From Candidatus Caldarchaeum sp. (GTDB taxonomy: Archaea; Thermoproteota; Nitrososphaeria_A; Caldarchaeales; Caldarchaeaceae), in assembly GCA_033580815.1 (NCBI GenBank), contig JAVQUC010000001.1, forward strand, positions 29,259 to 93,258: DNA of 64,000 nucleotides, read 5' to 3'. Numbering within the stretch: position 1 is the stretch's first letter; each line of letters starts with the position of its first letter. Position numbers and translations under genes: made by a program. The notes beneath the pieces were generated by a model that had not been told where the DNA came from, ran no database searches, and saw only the letters and a list, made by a program, of their open reading frames with translations. Shown one piece after another: positions 9,052 to 19,170 of the stretch.

Positions 9052-9653
9052 CTCTTCTCCGAAATGCTTACCCTTCGGATAGTGCCGTTAGGCGATGATT
9101 CGGCGAAAATCTCCGCCCCGAATTTGAAAAGACGCATCTCGCCGTAAAGCCAGTATGTGGGGTTGAGACCAGCCTTTACACATAGATGCGAAAGAAACTC
9201 TTCGGAATCCCAGCCATACTCAACTGGGACCTGCGGAAGAAGCAGACCCGAGCCGTGTGGAGTTTCAATCATCAACCCGTCTTCGCTAACGTGGATGACA
9301 TTGGGAAGTGTTTTCCTTTCGGTTGGTTTAATCTCGACCGGTTCAGTCAGCACGCTGACTTCAAAAACAACGTTCTCAATTTCATTTTTCTCGAGGGGCG
9401 GAAACCTAGGGTCGTCGAACGCAGCGGAAACTGCCGCTCGAACAGTCGCTTCGCCTAAGGGGATTACGGGAAGCGGATAACCAATACAACCGCGCAGCTC
9501 TCTACTGGGAAATTCGTAAATGGATACAAAAACTCCATTTTTCTTCGAGAGCCAATCTAGTTGTGGCGGGTCCGGAATCTTTCCTTGCTTCAGAAAGTGT
9601 TCGACGGCTGACCGAGCGAGCCTCACGAGGAAAGCTCCTCTTTCATCGTCCAA
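9045..9653 (-). CDS. AMMECR1 domain protein
   Basis: LRGCIGYPLPV...AAFDDPRFPPL is the AMMECR1 signature. Confidence 0.85.
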   Translation of the reverse strand: MDDERGAFLVRLARSAVEHFLKQGKIPDPPQLDWLSKKNGVFVSIYEFPSRELRGCIGYPLPVIPLGEATVRAAVSAAFDDPRFPPLEKNEIENVVFEVSVLTEPVEIKPTERKTLPNVIHVSEDGLMIETPHGSGLLLPQVPVEYGWDSEEFLSHLCVKAGLNPTYWLYGEMRLFKFGAEIFAESSPNGTIRRVSISEKRC

Positions 9654-10077
9654 TATTTCTCTCCTCCAGAGCTTTCAAAACTTTGCTTATGTTTTTCCAA
9701 TGCCTGCCAACCCAAAAATTTTTGCCGCAGACGGTGCATACCCAACGAACAGGACTGTCTGAAATCTTTGAAAGAACGCCGTTACATTTAGTGCATCTGC
9801 TGTTTTCGGAATCAAATCGCAGTGCTGCCCCGGTTTCAGCGGAAATTTTGGCGAGACAGCTAACTGTATCAACGCTTTCCAGTAGAACAACTCTAACGTT
9901 ATTCTTCGCGGCCTTTTCGGCAAGGGTTCTATCCCTCGTAACCAAAATTCTCTCCTCGGCCTTCGAAAAGCTGAGGATTTCTGAATCTTCCATCCCTCTC
10001 ACGTAAACTGTGTCGTGTCCAAAAAGACGGAGCCACGTCAACAGATGGCCGAGCATCGTGTCTAAGAGAAACTTCAT
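9643..10077 (-). CDS. Mut7-C (PIN-like) RNase domain protein with C-terminal Zn ribbon
   Basis: MKFLLDTMLGHLLTWLRLFGHDT, ILVTRD, then CTKCN...CTVCGKNFWVGRHW. Confidence 0.8.
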   Translation of the reverse strand: MKFLLDTMLGHLLTWLRLFGHDTVYVRGMEDSEILSFSKAEERILVTRDRTLAEKAAKNNVRVVLLESVDTVSCLAKISAETGAALRFDSENSRCTKCNGVLSKISDSPVRWVCTVCGKNFWVGRHWKNISKVLKALEERNIGR

Positions 10078-10694
10078 TCCAAAACGCTTTCCCCGCCCTT
10101 CCTCTCCAACTCCAGCCTACAGTCCTCGCACATCAACTGGTCTTCGACTCTTACCAGCAAATCAGACCATTCTCCGCAAACTTCACAGTACCCTTCGGCG
10201 ACCGACTGGGTCAGCGTGCCGGCCGGACCCCCTATTCTGAGCCTCTCCCTGACAATCGTCAAGATTTCAGGCGTGACTTGGAGGATGTCCTTGATGGTAA
10301 CTATGCCAACCAGTCTGTCTTTGTACACCACTACCAGCCTGCTAAGCTTGAGCCGGTTCATCTTGCTAAGCGCCTCATCGATCGCTATTTCAGGAGTCAC
10401 TGTCTGAAGGGGGGTAGTCATTATATCCCTAGCCCGAATCTTGTTCGGGTCGCTGCCGTTGGCGACGACTTTAGTCACGATGTCTGTCTTCGTGATTATA
10501 CCCGTTGGCTTCCCTTCTGAGCTGATTACCACGCTTCCTATGTTGTACCTCCTCATAAGTTCCGCGACCTCAACGATTGAGGCCTCTTCCCTGGCCTCAA
10601 CAACGGGGCTCGACATCACATCTCTGACCTTCAACTCGTCAACGAGGGTCGACGGCTTTACCATACCACCACAAGGAAATAGTTCATCAACCAT
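10074..10694 (-). CDS. CBS domain pair protein with C-terminal Zn ribbon
   Basis: Two CBS repeats followed by CEVCGEW...CEDC. Confidence 0.8.
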   Translation of the reverse strand: MVDELFPCGGMVKPSTLVDELKVRDVMSSPVVEAREEASIVEVAELMRRYNIGSVVISSEGKPTGIITKTDIVTKVVANGSDPNKIRARDIMTTPLQTVTPEIAIDEALSKMNRLKLSRLVVVYKDRLVGIVTIKDILQVTPEILTIVRERLRIGGPAGTLTQSVAEGYCEVCGEWSDLLVRVEDQLMCEDCRLELERKGGESVLE

Positions 10695-12564
10695 TTATAA
10701 GGATGTCTAACACATCGCATGTCCCAAATGGAATCTGGCTGGCAATTGTCTGAATGTTCTCTGGTGTGGGCTCGATTCCCAAAAGCTCGAGAATTTTTTT
10801 CGCGGCCAAGTCGGCGGAAGTTGACCCTGGCCGGATTTCGACAGCACGCAACCCCTTCCTCACAGCCGTCAGGTAGGGGACAACTCCCAACCCCTCCTCT
10901 AAAAAAGCGACTGCGAGCCTCAACTCCGCAACATGATAATTTTTCCTCCCGTAAACCATGAAGGAGCCTTTTGCTAGGTACTCGCCGGAAGGAGGTGAAA
11001 AGGAAATCTGGTCCGCGTTCACCGAATACACAGAGACGTTGGTAAATTTTTCCCGCCAAGCTCTGCTGTATGAGGCGGTCATCTGGGCCGCTTCCTCAAC
11101 GTCTGCAGCAGATGCAGAGCGGCCGTTCTTCATCAACGTTGTGGGTGAACCGGGAATGTCTGCATGAAGGACCAAATCTTCTTTTTCGAGGTGCCTCTTC
11201 AACAACATTACGTTCGTCCGCGCGTCTTTCCCCATCAAAACCTTGAAACCGCCAGACGACTTGAATTCCCGAAAAGGCTTCGTTTTCTTCCCGATTATTC
11301 TGAGAACAGGTTTTGTCACAGTTTCTTGAAGGAGGCTGGCCTCAGATGATTCGATGGCTTTGTCAAGCTCTGAGATTTCGTTCCTCAGCTTTTCAACGCT
11401 CTTTCGAACGCTTTTCAACTCCTCATAGATCTTCCCAACCTCACGGGACAAAGGGGAATTTTTCTTCAATGTGATTTCTTTTTCAGCATATCTAACCAGC
11501 ACACGGTCTTCCAGAACCTTTGCCACAAGCCCGTTCTCCAGCGAAACATCTTCAGCCATCGGTTCTTCCTGCAACAACCTCTCAACAAAGGACCAAGACT
11601 CTACGAGTTTGTCGACGAAGGACTGTAGTCTCATAAGGTCCTTTTCTAAACCAGCTAACACATACTGCTTGTTCTCTTTTTCTCGTCTCAGTTTTTCTAT
11701 AGCTGCCGACTTTTCCTTCTCAGCAATCTTTTTTCTTTCGGCCTCCAGCGATTCGAGGTAGGCCAGCTGAACGGCCTCAGCGAATGTTTCAGTCGTGATG
11801 TTCGGGAGGTGATTGATGGTTTTCAGCTCGACGGCGCTGGGAAGCGCTTCCCCGTTTCTCATGTAGACTCTGGGTTTCGGGCTTTTCATTTCATCGACAA
11901 GTTGACTAAATGCCGCGGCCAATCGATTCGTTTCCTGAATAGATAGTTCGCCTATTTTCGCGTTTTTGGCTAAACCAGCCCGATGAACAATCTCTTCCCC
12001 CAGCTTTCCACCGAGGCCCAGCTCCCGTGAAACAAAGGTTATGAGTGATAGCTTCGGCAAACTTGACTTGGCATGTTCCAAGGTGGTCGTCTCGATTGCC
12101 GCACTGGTCTTAGGTGGTGGGGGAATGTATCTTTCTCCCCTTTTCAAAAGTCTGGTCTTGAATTCGAAATTTTCAAGAAGCCATTCAATCCTTTCATCTC
12201 TGACGAGGACGATGTTCCCGGGGGGCATGCATTCGACGTAAAGGACGTAACCTTCGATTTCTAACCTAACGATTCTTTCGCCCTCGATTTGGCTAATTCC
12301 AATGATCTTTTTGCCGACAATGTATCTTCTTAACTCTAATACCTTTCTCGACGGTTGAGGCGGCTTAGAGATTGTTTTCGAAGTCCAGAAGACGGCGTAT
12401 GCTGCGACGGTCCACAGTTCACCTGCTTCGTAGTTTGGTTTGTACAATTTGAACGCGAGGGCTTTTGGAGAAATTTGATAAATGTTTCTAATGTACGACT
12501 GGACAACTTTGTCTCGGCATTCCTCGACGAGCAGCTTGATCTCATACGAATTCAGCTGTATCAC
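10687..12564 (-). CDS. NFACT family protein (archaeal Rqc2/RqcH/FbpA homolog)
   Basis: 625 aa with an NFACT-N-like N-terminus, a central coiled coil and a DUF814/NFACT-R-like region (VLHADIPGSPTTLMK). Confidence 0.85.
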   Translation of the reverse strand: MIQLNSYEIKLLVEECRDKVVQSYIRNIYQISPKALAFKLYKPNYEAGELWTVAAYAVFWTSKTISKPPQPSRKVLELRRYIVGKKIIGISQIEGERIVRLEIEGYVLYVECMPPGNIVLVRDERIEWLLENFEFKTRLLKRGERYIPPPPKTSAAIETTTLEHAKSSLPKLSLITFVSRELGLGGKLGEEIVHRAGLAKNAKIGELSIQETNRLAAAFSQLVDEMKSPKPRVYMRNGEALPSAVELKTINHLPNITTETFAEAVQLAYLESLEAERKKIAEKEKSAAIEKLRREKENKQYVLAGLEKDLMRLQSFVDKLVESWSFVERLLQEEPMAEDVSLENGLVAKVLEDRVLVRYAEKEITLKKNSPLSREVGKIYEELKSVRKSVEKLRNEISELDKAIESSEASLLQETVTKPVLRIIGKKTKPFREFKSSGGFKVLMGKDARTNVMLLKRHLEKEDLVLHADIPGSPTTLMKNGRSASAADVEEAAQMTASYSRAWREKFTNVSVYSVNADQISFSPPSGEYLAKGSFMVYGRKNYHVAELRLAVAFLEEGLGVVPYLTAVRKGLRAVEIRPGSTSADLAAKKILELLGIEPTPENIQTIASQIPFGTCDVLDILING

Positions 12565-12601
12565 TTCTCCTTAGCGATTGCTATCTCCCAACATTTAATT
12601 C

Positions 12602-12901
12602 ATGGTGTTTGAATCGAAGTTTGGCTTGAAGCTGGACGTAGTCTACTGGACGAAGTTTGCCGTCGGGATAGCGTATGGGTTCGTCGCAGCTTGGACAGTA
12701 GCATCTCTGAAGCAGCCCGTTTTCACATACCTGATAGTCTTCTTGACAGCATTGGTCTATATTGCGGTGGCTGAAACCCTTTGGAGAACACTGGACAAGG
12801 ATAAGCGGAGAAGGAGCTCCTACTTCAATGGGTTGGGAGGCTTCATAGGAATATTTCTCTTGTCGTGGATTCTTTTCTTCAACTTTTTGCTACGTCCGTG
12901 A
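12602..12901 (+). CDS. Small membrane protein with 2-3 TM helices (possible EMC6/Rab5ip-like pattern)
   Basis: 99-aa ORF with hydrophobic helices and a C-terminal [18 protein letters not shown]. Confidence 0.45.
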   Translation: MVFESKFGLKLDVVYWTKFAVGIAYGFVAAWTVASLKQPVFTYLIVFLTALVYIAVAETLWRTLDKDKRRRSSYFNGLGGFIGIFLLSWILFFNFLLRP

Positions 12902-13241
12902 ATTTTGATGGAGTTGGAAGTTTGTCAAGCATGTTGAGGACCTCGCTCCATGCTTGGAAGAAGCGGTCCCTTGAACCGAATAATTCACCCAAGTCTGTGA
13001 GGAACTTCGCAATCTTTCTTCGTTCCCTCCACATTCTTTCGTTTGTGTATAGCATGTAGATGAGTGAATCCCTGTCGTCCCCCGCATAACTGTTCAAGAT
13101 TCCCTTGAGTGCAGAGAGATACCGTGTGTCAGCGCGATATTTTTCTTGTAGTTGATTTAGGATTCGTTCTGCCTCTGTAAGCTTGTTACGGAATAATGCT
13201 TCGAGGAACTCCTTTGTCTCTTTGGGCGTGACCTGGCTCAT
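12879..13241 (-). CDS. Hypothetical helical protein translationally coupled to radA
   Basis: 120-aa ORF whose start overlaps the radA stop by 4 nt. I recognise no family. Confidence 0.5.
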   Translation of the reverse strand: MSQVTPKETKEFLEALFRNKLTEAERILNQLQEKYRADTRYLSALKGILNSYAGDDRDSLIYMLYTNERMWRERRKIAKFLTDLGELFGSRDRFFQAWSEVLNMLDKLPTPSKFTDVAKS

Positions 13242-14221
13242 AATTGATCGGTCTCGAGATCTTCGACACCGTTCTCCGTTATTCTGAAAACAGCTTCACC
13301 TTCAGGCAGGTACGGGCTAGAAATCAGCCTCGCTATTCTGATGTTTTTGCCGACCACTTTGCGGAGGAGAATTCTGTTGTGGCTCGTGTGTCCGACGATG
13401 TGGCCTCCGATAGGATACACGGCTGTAGTGCTAAATATGTCGTCGGGTTTGGACATAACTTGGTTTGTTACGACGACGGCGGCGTTGAATGCTCTTGCAT
13501 ATCTGATCAGTTTGTGCATGTGTTTGTTGAGTTTTTGCTGTCTTTCGGGTAAAAGGTGTCGTCCGAGATATTCACTCCTGAAGTGAGCCGTTAACGAGTC
13601 GACGATGATGAGTTTGACGTTTTTCTCCTTAATGACTTTGTCAGCCTTTTCGACGAGGAGCATTTGATGGTCGCTGGTGTAGGCCTCGGCGTAGACTATT
13701 TTTTCCAGTGTTTCATCTGGTTCGAGGCCGAGGTGTTTGGCCATGGAGATTATTCTTTCGGGCCTGAATGTGTTTTCGCTGTCTATGTAGAGAGCTGTTC
13801 CATCGAGACCTCCCCTTCGTACTGGAAGCTGCACGTTGACGGCAAGCTGATGACAAAGCTGGGATTTGCCAGAACCGAATTCCCCGAAAAATTCCGTTAT
13901 TGACTGGGTTTCGACACCTCCACCGATCAACACGTCTAAACGCGTGCTTCCAGTCGTTATTCTCCCTATCGAGGTCTTGATTTCGGCCAAATCTTTGGCG
14001 GTGACCCAAGACACCTCAATTCCCTCTCTAGCAGCGGCTATGATTTGTGAGGCATGTTTCTCGTCCAACCCCGCGGACACAAGTTCAGCCACGGTGGCTG
14101 TGGCGATAGATTCAACGGTAGAGTACCCGATTTCACGCAGCTTCTCAGCGATAAGCTTAGAAATTCCCGGAAGGTCTTCGATGTTGTTGTAGCGTGATAG
14201 GCTCATTAACCTCGTATCCAT
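13238..14221 (-). CDS. radA: DNA repair and recombination protein RadA
   Basis: N-terminal HhH region, Walker [10 protein letters not shown] and RecA-fold conservation throughout. Confidence 0.95.
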   Translation of the reverse strand: MDTRLMSLSRYNNIEDLPGISKLIAEKLREIGYSTVESIATATVAELVSAGLDEKHASQIIAAAREGIEVSWVTAKDLAEIKTSIGRITTGSTRLDVLIGGGVETQSITEFFGEFGSGKSQLCHQLAVNVQLPVRRGGLDGTALYIDSENTFRPERIISMAKHLGLEPDETLEKIVYAEAYTSDHQMLLVEKADKVIKEKNVKLIIVDSLTAHFRSEYLGRHLLPERQQKLNKHMHKLIRYARAFNAAVVVTNQVMSKPDDIFSTTAVYPIGGHIVGHTSHNRILLRKVVGKNIRIARLISSPYLPEGEAVFRITENGVEDLETDQL

Positions 14222-14273
14222 GTCGGGCTCGGAGTTATAAAAACTAATAGCCGAGGCCCCGGAAAAGGGGGTT

Positions 14274-15503
14274 GTGAAAGCAGTCTTAGTCGTTTTGGAC
14301 GGCTTGGGTGATAGGAGGTGTAGGTCTCTTAATTGGATGACACCTCTTCAGGCAGCTCGGAGTCCTTTTCTCGATCGTCTCGCCGCAATGGGTGAAACCG
14401 GGTTAGTGGACGTGGTTTCACCAGGCCTTCCGAATGGTAGCGACACAGGCCATCTCGCCCTCCTAGGGTACGACCCCTTCAAATGGTATACCGGAAGAGG
14501 CCCTTTCGAAGCGTTAGGTGCTGGCTTGACGCTTACATCAAGGGATGTGGCATTTCGTTGCAACTTCGCCACCGTCTCTGAGACTGGCGATTTGATTGAC
14601 AGAAGGGCGGGAAGAATTTCGACCGACGAAAGCCGTCAACTCGCTGAAGCCATCCCATCCATGGAAATCGAAGGCGTGGAAATAATCTTCAGACACACGG
14701 TGGAACATAGAGGTGTTTTGATAATGCGTGGAGACGGTCTTTCGCATCGTGTATCAAACGTAGACCCGCATGGCAAAATGAACAGAATTCTTCAGCCCAA
14801 GCCACTCGATGAATCGACTGAAGCCCGGTTCACAGCCGAACTGCTACAGAAATATCTCGAAAAGACTCACAAAATTCTCGATGCCCATCCGTTAAACGTT
14901 CGAAGAAAACAAAACGGGCTTTTGCCAGCGAACTACATTTTGACAAGGGGGGCGGGAAGATTACCGCAGCTCCCGAGTTTTCGGGAAAAATACGGATTAT
15001 CGGCGGCGGTTGTCGCGGGGGGCGCATTGTATAAAGGTGTTTGCAAAGCAGCTGGATTCGAAGTCATCAACGTCGAAGGCGCTACCGGAACGGTGAACAC
15101 GAACCTCGAAAACAAAGCGGCCGCCGTAATCCAATCACTAAAAACCCACGACTTCGTACTACTCCACATCAAAGCTACGGACACTTTGAGCCATGACAAA
15201 AAACCCCGCGAAAAAGCGGAGATGATAAGGAGAATCGGAGATGTTTTAGAGAAGATGTTCGAACAACTGCCGGCCGAAATTCATCTTGCAGTGACGGGAG
15301 ACCACACGACTCCAGCCGAAATAGGAGAGCATAGAGGAGACCCGGTACCTCTCGTAGTGTGGGGGCCGCAGGTGAGGGGAGACGACGTTAAACGTTTCGA
15401 CGAAATCAGCTGCATGAAAGGAGGGCTGGGAAGGATTAGGGGTGTTGATTTGATGCCGATTCTCGCCAACTACCTCGGCAAGTTAGAGCTGTTCGGCGAA
15501 TGA
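14274..15503 (+). CDS. apgM: 2,3-bisphosphoglycerate-independent phosphoglycerate mutase, archaeal type
   Basis: [23 protein letters not shown] and a GDHTTP metalloenzyme motif. Confidence 0.9.
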   Translation: MKAVLVVLDGLGDRRCRSLNWMTPLQAARSPFLDRLAAMGETGLVDVVSPGLPNGSDTGHLALLGYDPFKWYTGRGPFEALGAGLTLTSRDVAFRCNFATVSETGDLIDRRAGRISTDESRQLAEAIPSMEIEGVEIIFRHTVEHRGVLIMRGDGLSHRVSNVDPHGKMNRILQPKPLDESTEARFTAELLQKYLEKTHKILDAHPLNVRRKQNGLLPANYILTRGAGRLPQLPSFREKYGLSAAVVAGGALYKGVCKAAGFEVINVEGATGTVNTNLENKAAAVIQSLKTHDFVLLHIKATDTLSHDKKPREKAEMIRRIGDVLEKMFEQLPAEIHLAVTGDHTTPAEIGEHRGDPVPLVVWGPQVRGDDVKRFDEISCMKGGLGRIRGVDLMPILANYLGKLELFGE

Positions 15504-15874
15504 CAGGCGCCCGTATTCCCATAATAATTCACATAGACGGTCTCGCACCGGTTGAAGGAGAGCTTTTCCGGTTCGCCGCCCCTTTAACGGTGGATGAAAT
15601 TGTAAAAAGAATGCCAATCGAGGGGTTTGTGGCGAAATGGGAAACCGCCGTATATATGGTTACAGAAATCTCCCGTGGAGTCGAGAAATCAGCTGTTAAG
15701 CTTTCGCCCGGAGACCTATTCTACTGGTCACCCGGCAGAGCCATCGGAATTTCAACCGCTGAACACGTTCCGAGAAGCCAGACCATTAAGATAGGTTCTG
15801 TTGGAGAAGGTTACAGGGAGGTTATCAATGCTAGGACTGGGGCGCGGATGAAGCTTGCTTCGAAGGTTTCTTGA
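15500..15874 (+). CDS. Cyclophilin-like (TM1367-like) domain protein
   Basis: The pattern LTVDEIVKRMPIEG...GDLFYWSPGRAIGI fits the family. Its start overlaps the apgM stop by 4 nt. Confidence 0.55.
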   Translation: MTGARIPIIIHIDGLAPVEGELFRFAAPLTVDEIVKRMPIEGFVAKWETAVYMVTEISRGVEKSAVKLSPGDLFYWSPGRAIGISTAEHVPRSQTIKIGSVGEGYREVINARTGARMKLASKVS

Positions 15875-16202
15875 CTTTCTTCGGCTTCGCCTCAGCCTCA
15901 GCGGGCTTTGATTCGGTCGGTGCTGAAGTCAGTAACGGTGCATAGACCCGAATCCTGTTGATTCCGACGACCTCCTTGACAATCCCCTTGGCAACCAGCT
16001 CTCGCAACAAAGATTTAGCTACAGAAACCCTAACTTTGAACCTCTCGGCCAAACTCGATGGAGTCAGAACCTTTACGGACTTGACGTAGTCCCGTAGTTC
16101 ATCTATCGAGGGGGCGGTAATTCCCAGGACACCCCGCTCGACGGATTCCTCTTTTTTTTCTGGGCCCTTTCTCTCAGCCTTCTTCTTGGTCTCGGCGCTC
16201 AC
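15831..16202 (-). CDS. rps25e: 30S ribosomal protein S25e
   Basis: Lys-rich N-terminus plus a wHTH core (VLTPSSLAERFKVRVSVAKSLLRELVAKGIV). Confidence 0.8.
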   Translation of the reverse strand: MSAETKKKAERKGPEKKEESVERGVLGITAPSIDELRDYVKSVKVLTPSSLAERFKVRVSVAKSLLRELVAKGIVKEVVGINRIRVYAPLLTSAPTESKPAEAEAKPKKVKKPSKQASSAPQS

Positions 16203-16266
16203 ACCGGCAACCGGTTACGTTCAACTAATAAGCCTTAAACCGTTCGCGTAGGTTTTTTCCGACGGG

Positions 16267-17094
16267 TTGAAACCTGCAACGGTCAAGCTACTCGGCAAAG
16301 TGGCCATCATACGTCTCAAAAGAAACACATCCGTCGACGTGGAGGCCCTCGCCGCCAAAATAATGGAAAGCAATCGGGGCATCAAGACGGTTTTGCTTAT
16401 CGATAAGGTTGATGGAATCTATCGGGTGCCGGTTGTCAAGCACGTGGCCGGCAGCATGGACACTGAGACAGTCGTGAAAGAAGATGGAATATTTTATAGA
16501 TTTGATGCTTCCAAGCTGATGTTCTCGCTGGGCAACAGCTTCGAAAGGCGGCGGATGAAAAATACACCAAAGCAGGGCGAAACAGTGGTCGACATGTTCG
16601 CAGGAATCGGACAGTTCACCATTCCTGTAGCGAAATCACCCGCGTCGCATGTATACGCGTTCGAGATAAATTCAGAAGCTTATCGATACCTAATCGATAA
16701 CCTACGTACTAACCGGGTCGAGGAAAAAGTCACAGCTTACAACCTTGACTGTAGGATGTCAGTTCAGATAGGGCTTGCTAACTCAGCAGACCGCGTCATC
16801 ATGGGTTATCTTCGGGGAACAGCAGAATTTCTTGACGTGGCATACCAACTCGTCAAACCGGAAGGGGGAGTAATCCATTTTCACGAAATCAGCGATACTC
16901 ATGGTGGGTGGAGAACTCTCTACGAAACATGTCTCGAAAAAGCCAAAAAGGTGGGATGCCGGATCGAATTACTTGAAACTAGGGCAGTTAAGAGTTATTC
17001 TCCTAAGCTTTCTCATTGGGTTTTGGACCTAAGAGTCCGAAGAATTCCTATCCTTGAGCCATCTCGCGATCTGGGTAAAGAGACTGCTTCGTGA
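16267..17094 (+). CDS. trm5: tRNA (guanine37-N1)-methyltransferase Trm5/Taw22 family (Met-10+ like)
   Basis: VVDMFAGIGQFTIPVAK SAM motif and an NLDCR region. Confidence 0.8.
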   Translation: MKPATVKLLGKVAIIRLKRNTSVDVEALAAKIMESNRGIKTVLLIDKVDGIYRVPVVKHVAGSMDTETVVKEDGIFYRFDASKLMFSLGNSFERRRMKNTPKQGETVVDMFAGIGQFTIPVAKSPASHVYAFEINSEAYRYLIDNLRTNRVEEKVTAYNLDCRMSVQIGLANSADRVIMGYLRGTAEFLDVAYQLVKPEGGVIHFHEISDTHGGWRTLYETCLEKAKKVGCRIELLETRAVKSYSPKLSHWVLDLRVRRIPILEPSRDLGKETAS

Positions 17095-17391
17095 GACATT
17101 GATGACCAAGGCTTCGGGCCCTTTTTCTGCGCTTAACATCGCGGAGTAAGAGGGCATGGGCGCGAACGAGACACTCATCCAGTATACTTTTCCATTCAAC
17201 AATTCTTCAACCACTTTGGTGTTGTTCGTCGGCAACGGCACAGGAAGAAAGACGACCCCTTCGGCCCAGTAAAGAACGGCGGGCTGTCCTGGCGGAAGAA
17301 TCATGTTTTTGACCAATTCCTCCGCGCTCGGAAACCTTACGTATTCCATTATGACAACCTGCTTAACAGGGCTGTGGATAATCTCAACCAT
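17029..17391 (-). CDS. Hypothetical protein
   Basis: 120-aa ORF with no family recognised. Its 3' end overlaps trm5 by 66 nt. Confidence 0.4.
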   Translation of the reverse strand: MVEIIHSPVKQVVIMEYVRFPSAEELVKNMILPPGQPAVLYWAEGVVFLPVPLPTNNTKVVEELLNGKVYWMSVSFAPMPSYSAMLSAEKGPEALVINVSRSSLFTQIARWLKDRNSSDS

Positions 17392-17442
17392 GATATGACA
17401 TGGTCGGAAATCCTTTTAAAGGTTTAGCGGAGATGGTTTTGC

Positions 17443-19137
17443 ATGGATGGTTTGGAATTTGTGCTTAGCAGGCCGTGGGTTCGATTTTATGACAAAACAG
17501 TGAACCCAAACGTGACGGCCCCAAGGACGACCTTGGCAGAAATGTTTGACGAAATATGCGAGTCAGCGGGAGAGAAAACCGCCGTGATATTTCTTGATAC
17601 TCCCTTTAGTTTCGCTATGTTGAAGAAATTTGTGGACAGTTTTTCCACAGCTTTAAGGAAACTGGGAATCGGGAAAGGCGACAACTTCGTCATCCTCCTT
17701 CCCAACAGCGTCCAGTTCATTGTGGCGTATTATGGTGCATTGAAGACGGGTGCAACAGTTGTCCCAATCAACCCCTTGAGCACCGCCGATGAAATAGCAG
17801 AACTCTGTAATCGTTCGTCGGCAAAGGCGCTAATCACCTTAGACCTTTTCATTGACCAAGTCGTGGAAGCCCTTCCCAAAACAAGCCTCAAACACTTCAT
17901 CGTTACAAACATCGCGGACCATCTTCCATCTATCAAAAAAATCCTCGGAAAAATTTTGGGGAAAATTCCTTCAAAACCTTTGCCAAAGCACCCGGCGATG
18001 AAGATTTATTCAGAAATGCTGAACACTCCCGCAGAAAGTTTCGAATCGAAGCTTATCCCGGAAAAAGACCCTGCATCGATACAGTTCACGGGTGGCACGA
18101 CTGGATTTCCAAAAGGGGTGATACTAACTCATCACAACATCGTTTCCAACATCGTCCAGATGTACGAGTTCATCAGACCCTATATCGAGGAGGGGAGGGA
18201 AAGATTCGTAGCACTCCTTCCCTTCTATCACATCTACGGTCAGACTGTTATCTTGGGAGCGGGGCTTCTCAAGGGTAACACACTGATAATCTTTTCAAGA
18301 CTCGAAATCGAAAAATTCATGAAAGACATCGAAAAACATGCGGCAACGATCTTCCCGGGAGTGCCGACTTTGTTCAACCTAATGGCAAAACATAGGCTCG
18401 CTGACCAGGTCAAGTATAATTCACTAAAGCTGGTCATCTCTGGCGCGGATATTCTTCCGATTGAAGTAGCGGAAACGTTCGAGAAAAAATTCGGCAAAAA
18501 AATCTGCGAAGGCTATGGACTTTCGGAAGCTTCGCCAGTCACGCACGTCAACCCACCCGATAAAATCAGGAAGGGCTCGTTTGGAGTCCCTCTTCCGTCA
18601 ACCTACGCAGCGATCTACAACCCCTCGACTAAACAGTTTTTGCCACCAGGTGAAATCGGGGAAATCGTTGTTTCAGGCCCTCAAGTGATGCAAGGCTACC
18701 TTGGCATGGACAACTCCGATGTTTTCTTTTATGAAGCAGGCAGGAAATGGCTTCGGACGGGCGACCTCGGCCACATGGACCAAGACGGGTATTTCTACTT
18801 TGTGGAAAGGGCGAAGGATATCATAAAGCACAAAGGCTTCACGGTTTTCCCAGCAGAGGTGGAAAGGGTTCTCTACGAGAGCGATGCTGTTAAAGAAGCA
18901 TCTGTTGTCGGTATACCCGACCCAAACGTCGGCGAAAAAGTGGTTGCCGCCGTGGTCTTAAAACCGGGCAAGTCCGCTGACGAAGTAGAGAAGCTTCATG
19001 AGCTCTGCCGGAAGAAGCTGGCCGAATACAAGAGACCCTCTCAAATCGTTGTCGTAGAAGAACTGCCAAAGTCGCTGGTAGGTAAGATGTTGAGACGCAA
19101 AGTAAGGGAAATCGTGCAACAAAAGACATACCAATAG
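17443..19137 (+). CDS. Long-chain fatty-acid--CoA ligase (AMP-dependent synthetase)
   Basis: AMP-binding motif FTGGTTGFPKGV and later GDLGHMDQDGYFYFVERAKD. Confidence 0.9.
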   Translation: MDGLEFVLSRPWVRFYDKTVNPNVTAPRTTLAEMFDEICESAGEKTAVIFLDTPFSFAMLKKFVDSFSTALRKLGIGKGDNFVILLPNSVQFIVAYYGALKTGATVVPINPLSTADEIAELCNRSSAKALITLDLFIDQVVEALPKTSLKHFIVTNIADHLPSIKKILGKILGKIPSKPLPKHPAMKIYSEMLNTPAESFESKLIPEKDPASIQFTGGTTGFPKGVILTHHNIVSNIVQMYEFIRPYIEEGRERFVALLPFYHIYGQTVILGAGLLKGNTLIIFSRLEIEKFMKDIEKHAATIFPGVPTLFNLMAKHRLADQVKYNSLKLVISGADILPIEVAETFEKKFGKKICEGYGLSEASPVTHVNPPDKIRKGSFGVPLPSTYAAIYNPSTKQFLPPGEIGEIVVSGPQVMQGYLGMDNSDVFFYEAGRKWLRTGDLGHMDQDGYFYFVERAKDIIKHKGFTVFPAEVERVLYESDAVKEASVVGIPDPNVGEKVVAAVVLKPGKSADEVEKLHELCRKKLAEYKRPSQIVVVEELPKSLVGKMLRRKVREIVQQKTYQ

Positions 19138-19170
19138 GTTAAGTCAGATTTTTATTGTAAGGAAGCTGCT

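Noticed and set aside
17935-17976. A short in-frame tandem repeat (KKILGKILGKIPSK) in the acyl-CoA ligase.
   Set aside because: It is a two-unit 12-nt duplication in a surface linker with no further copies. It is too small to be meaningful.
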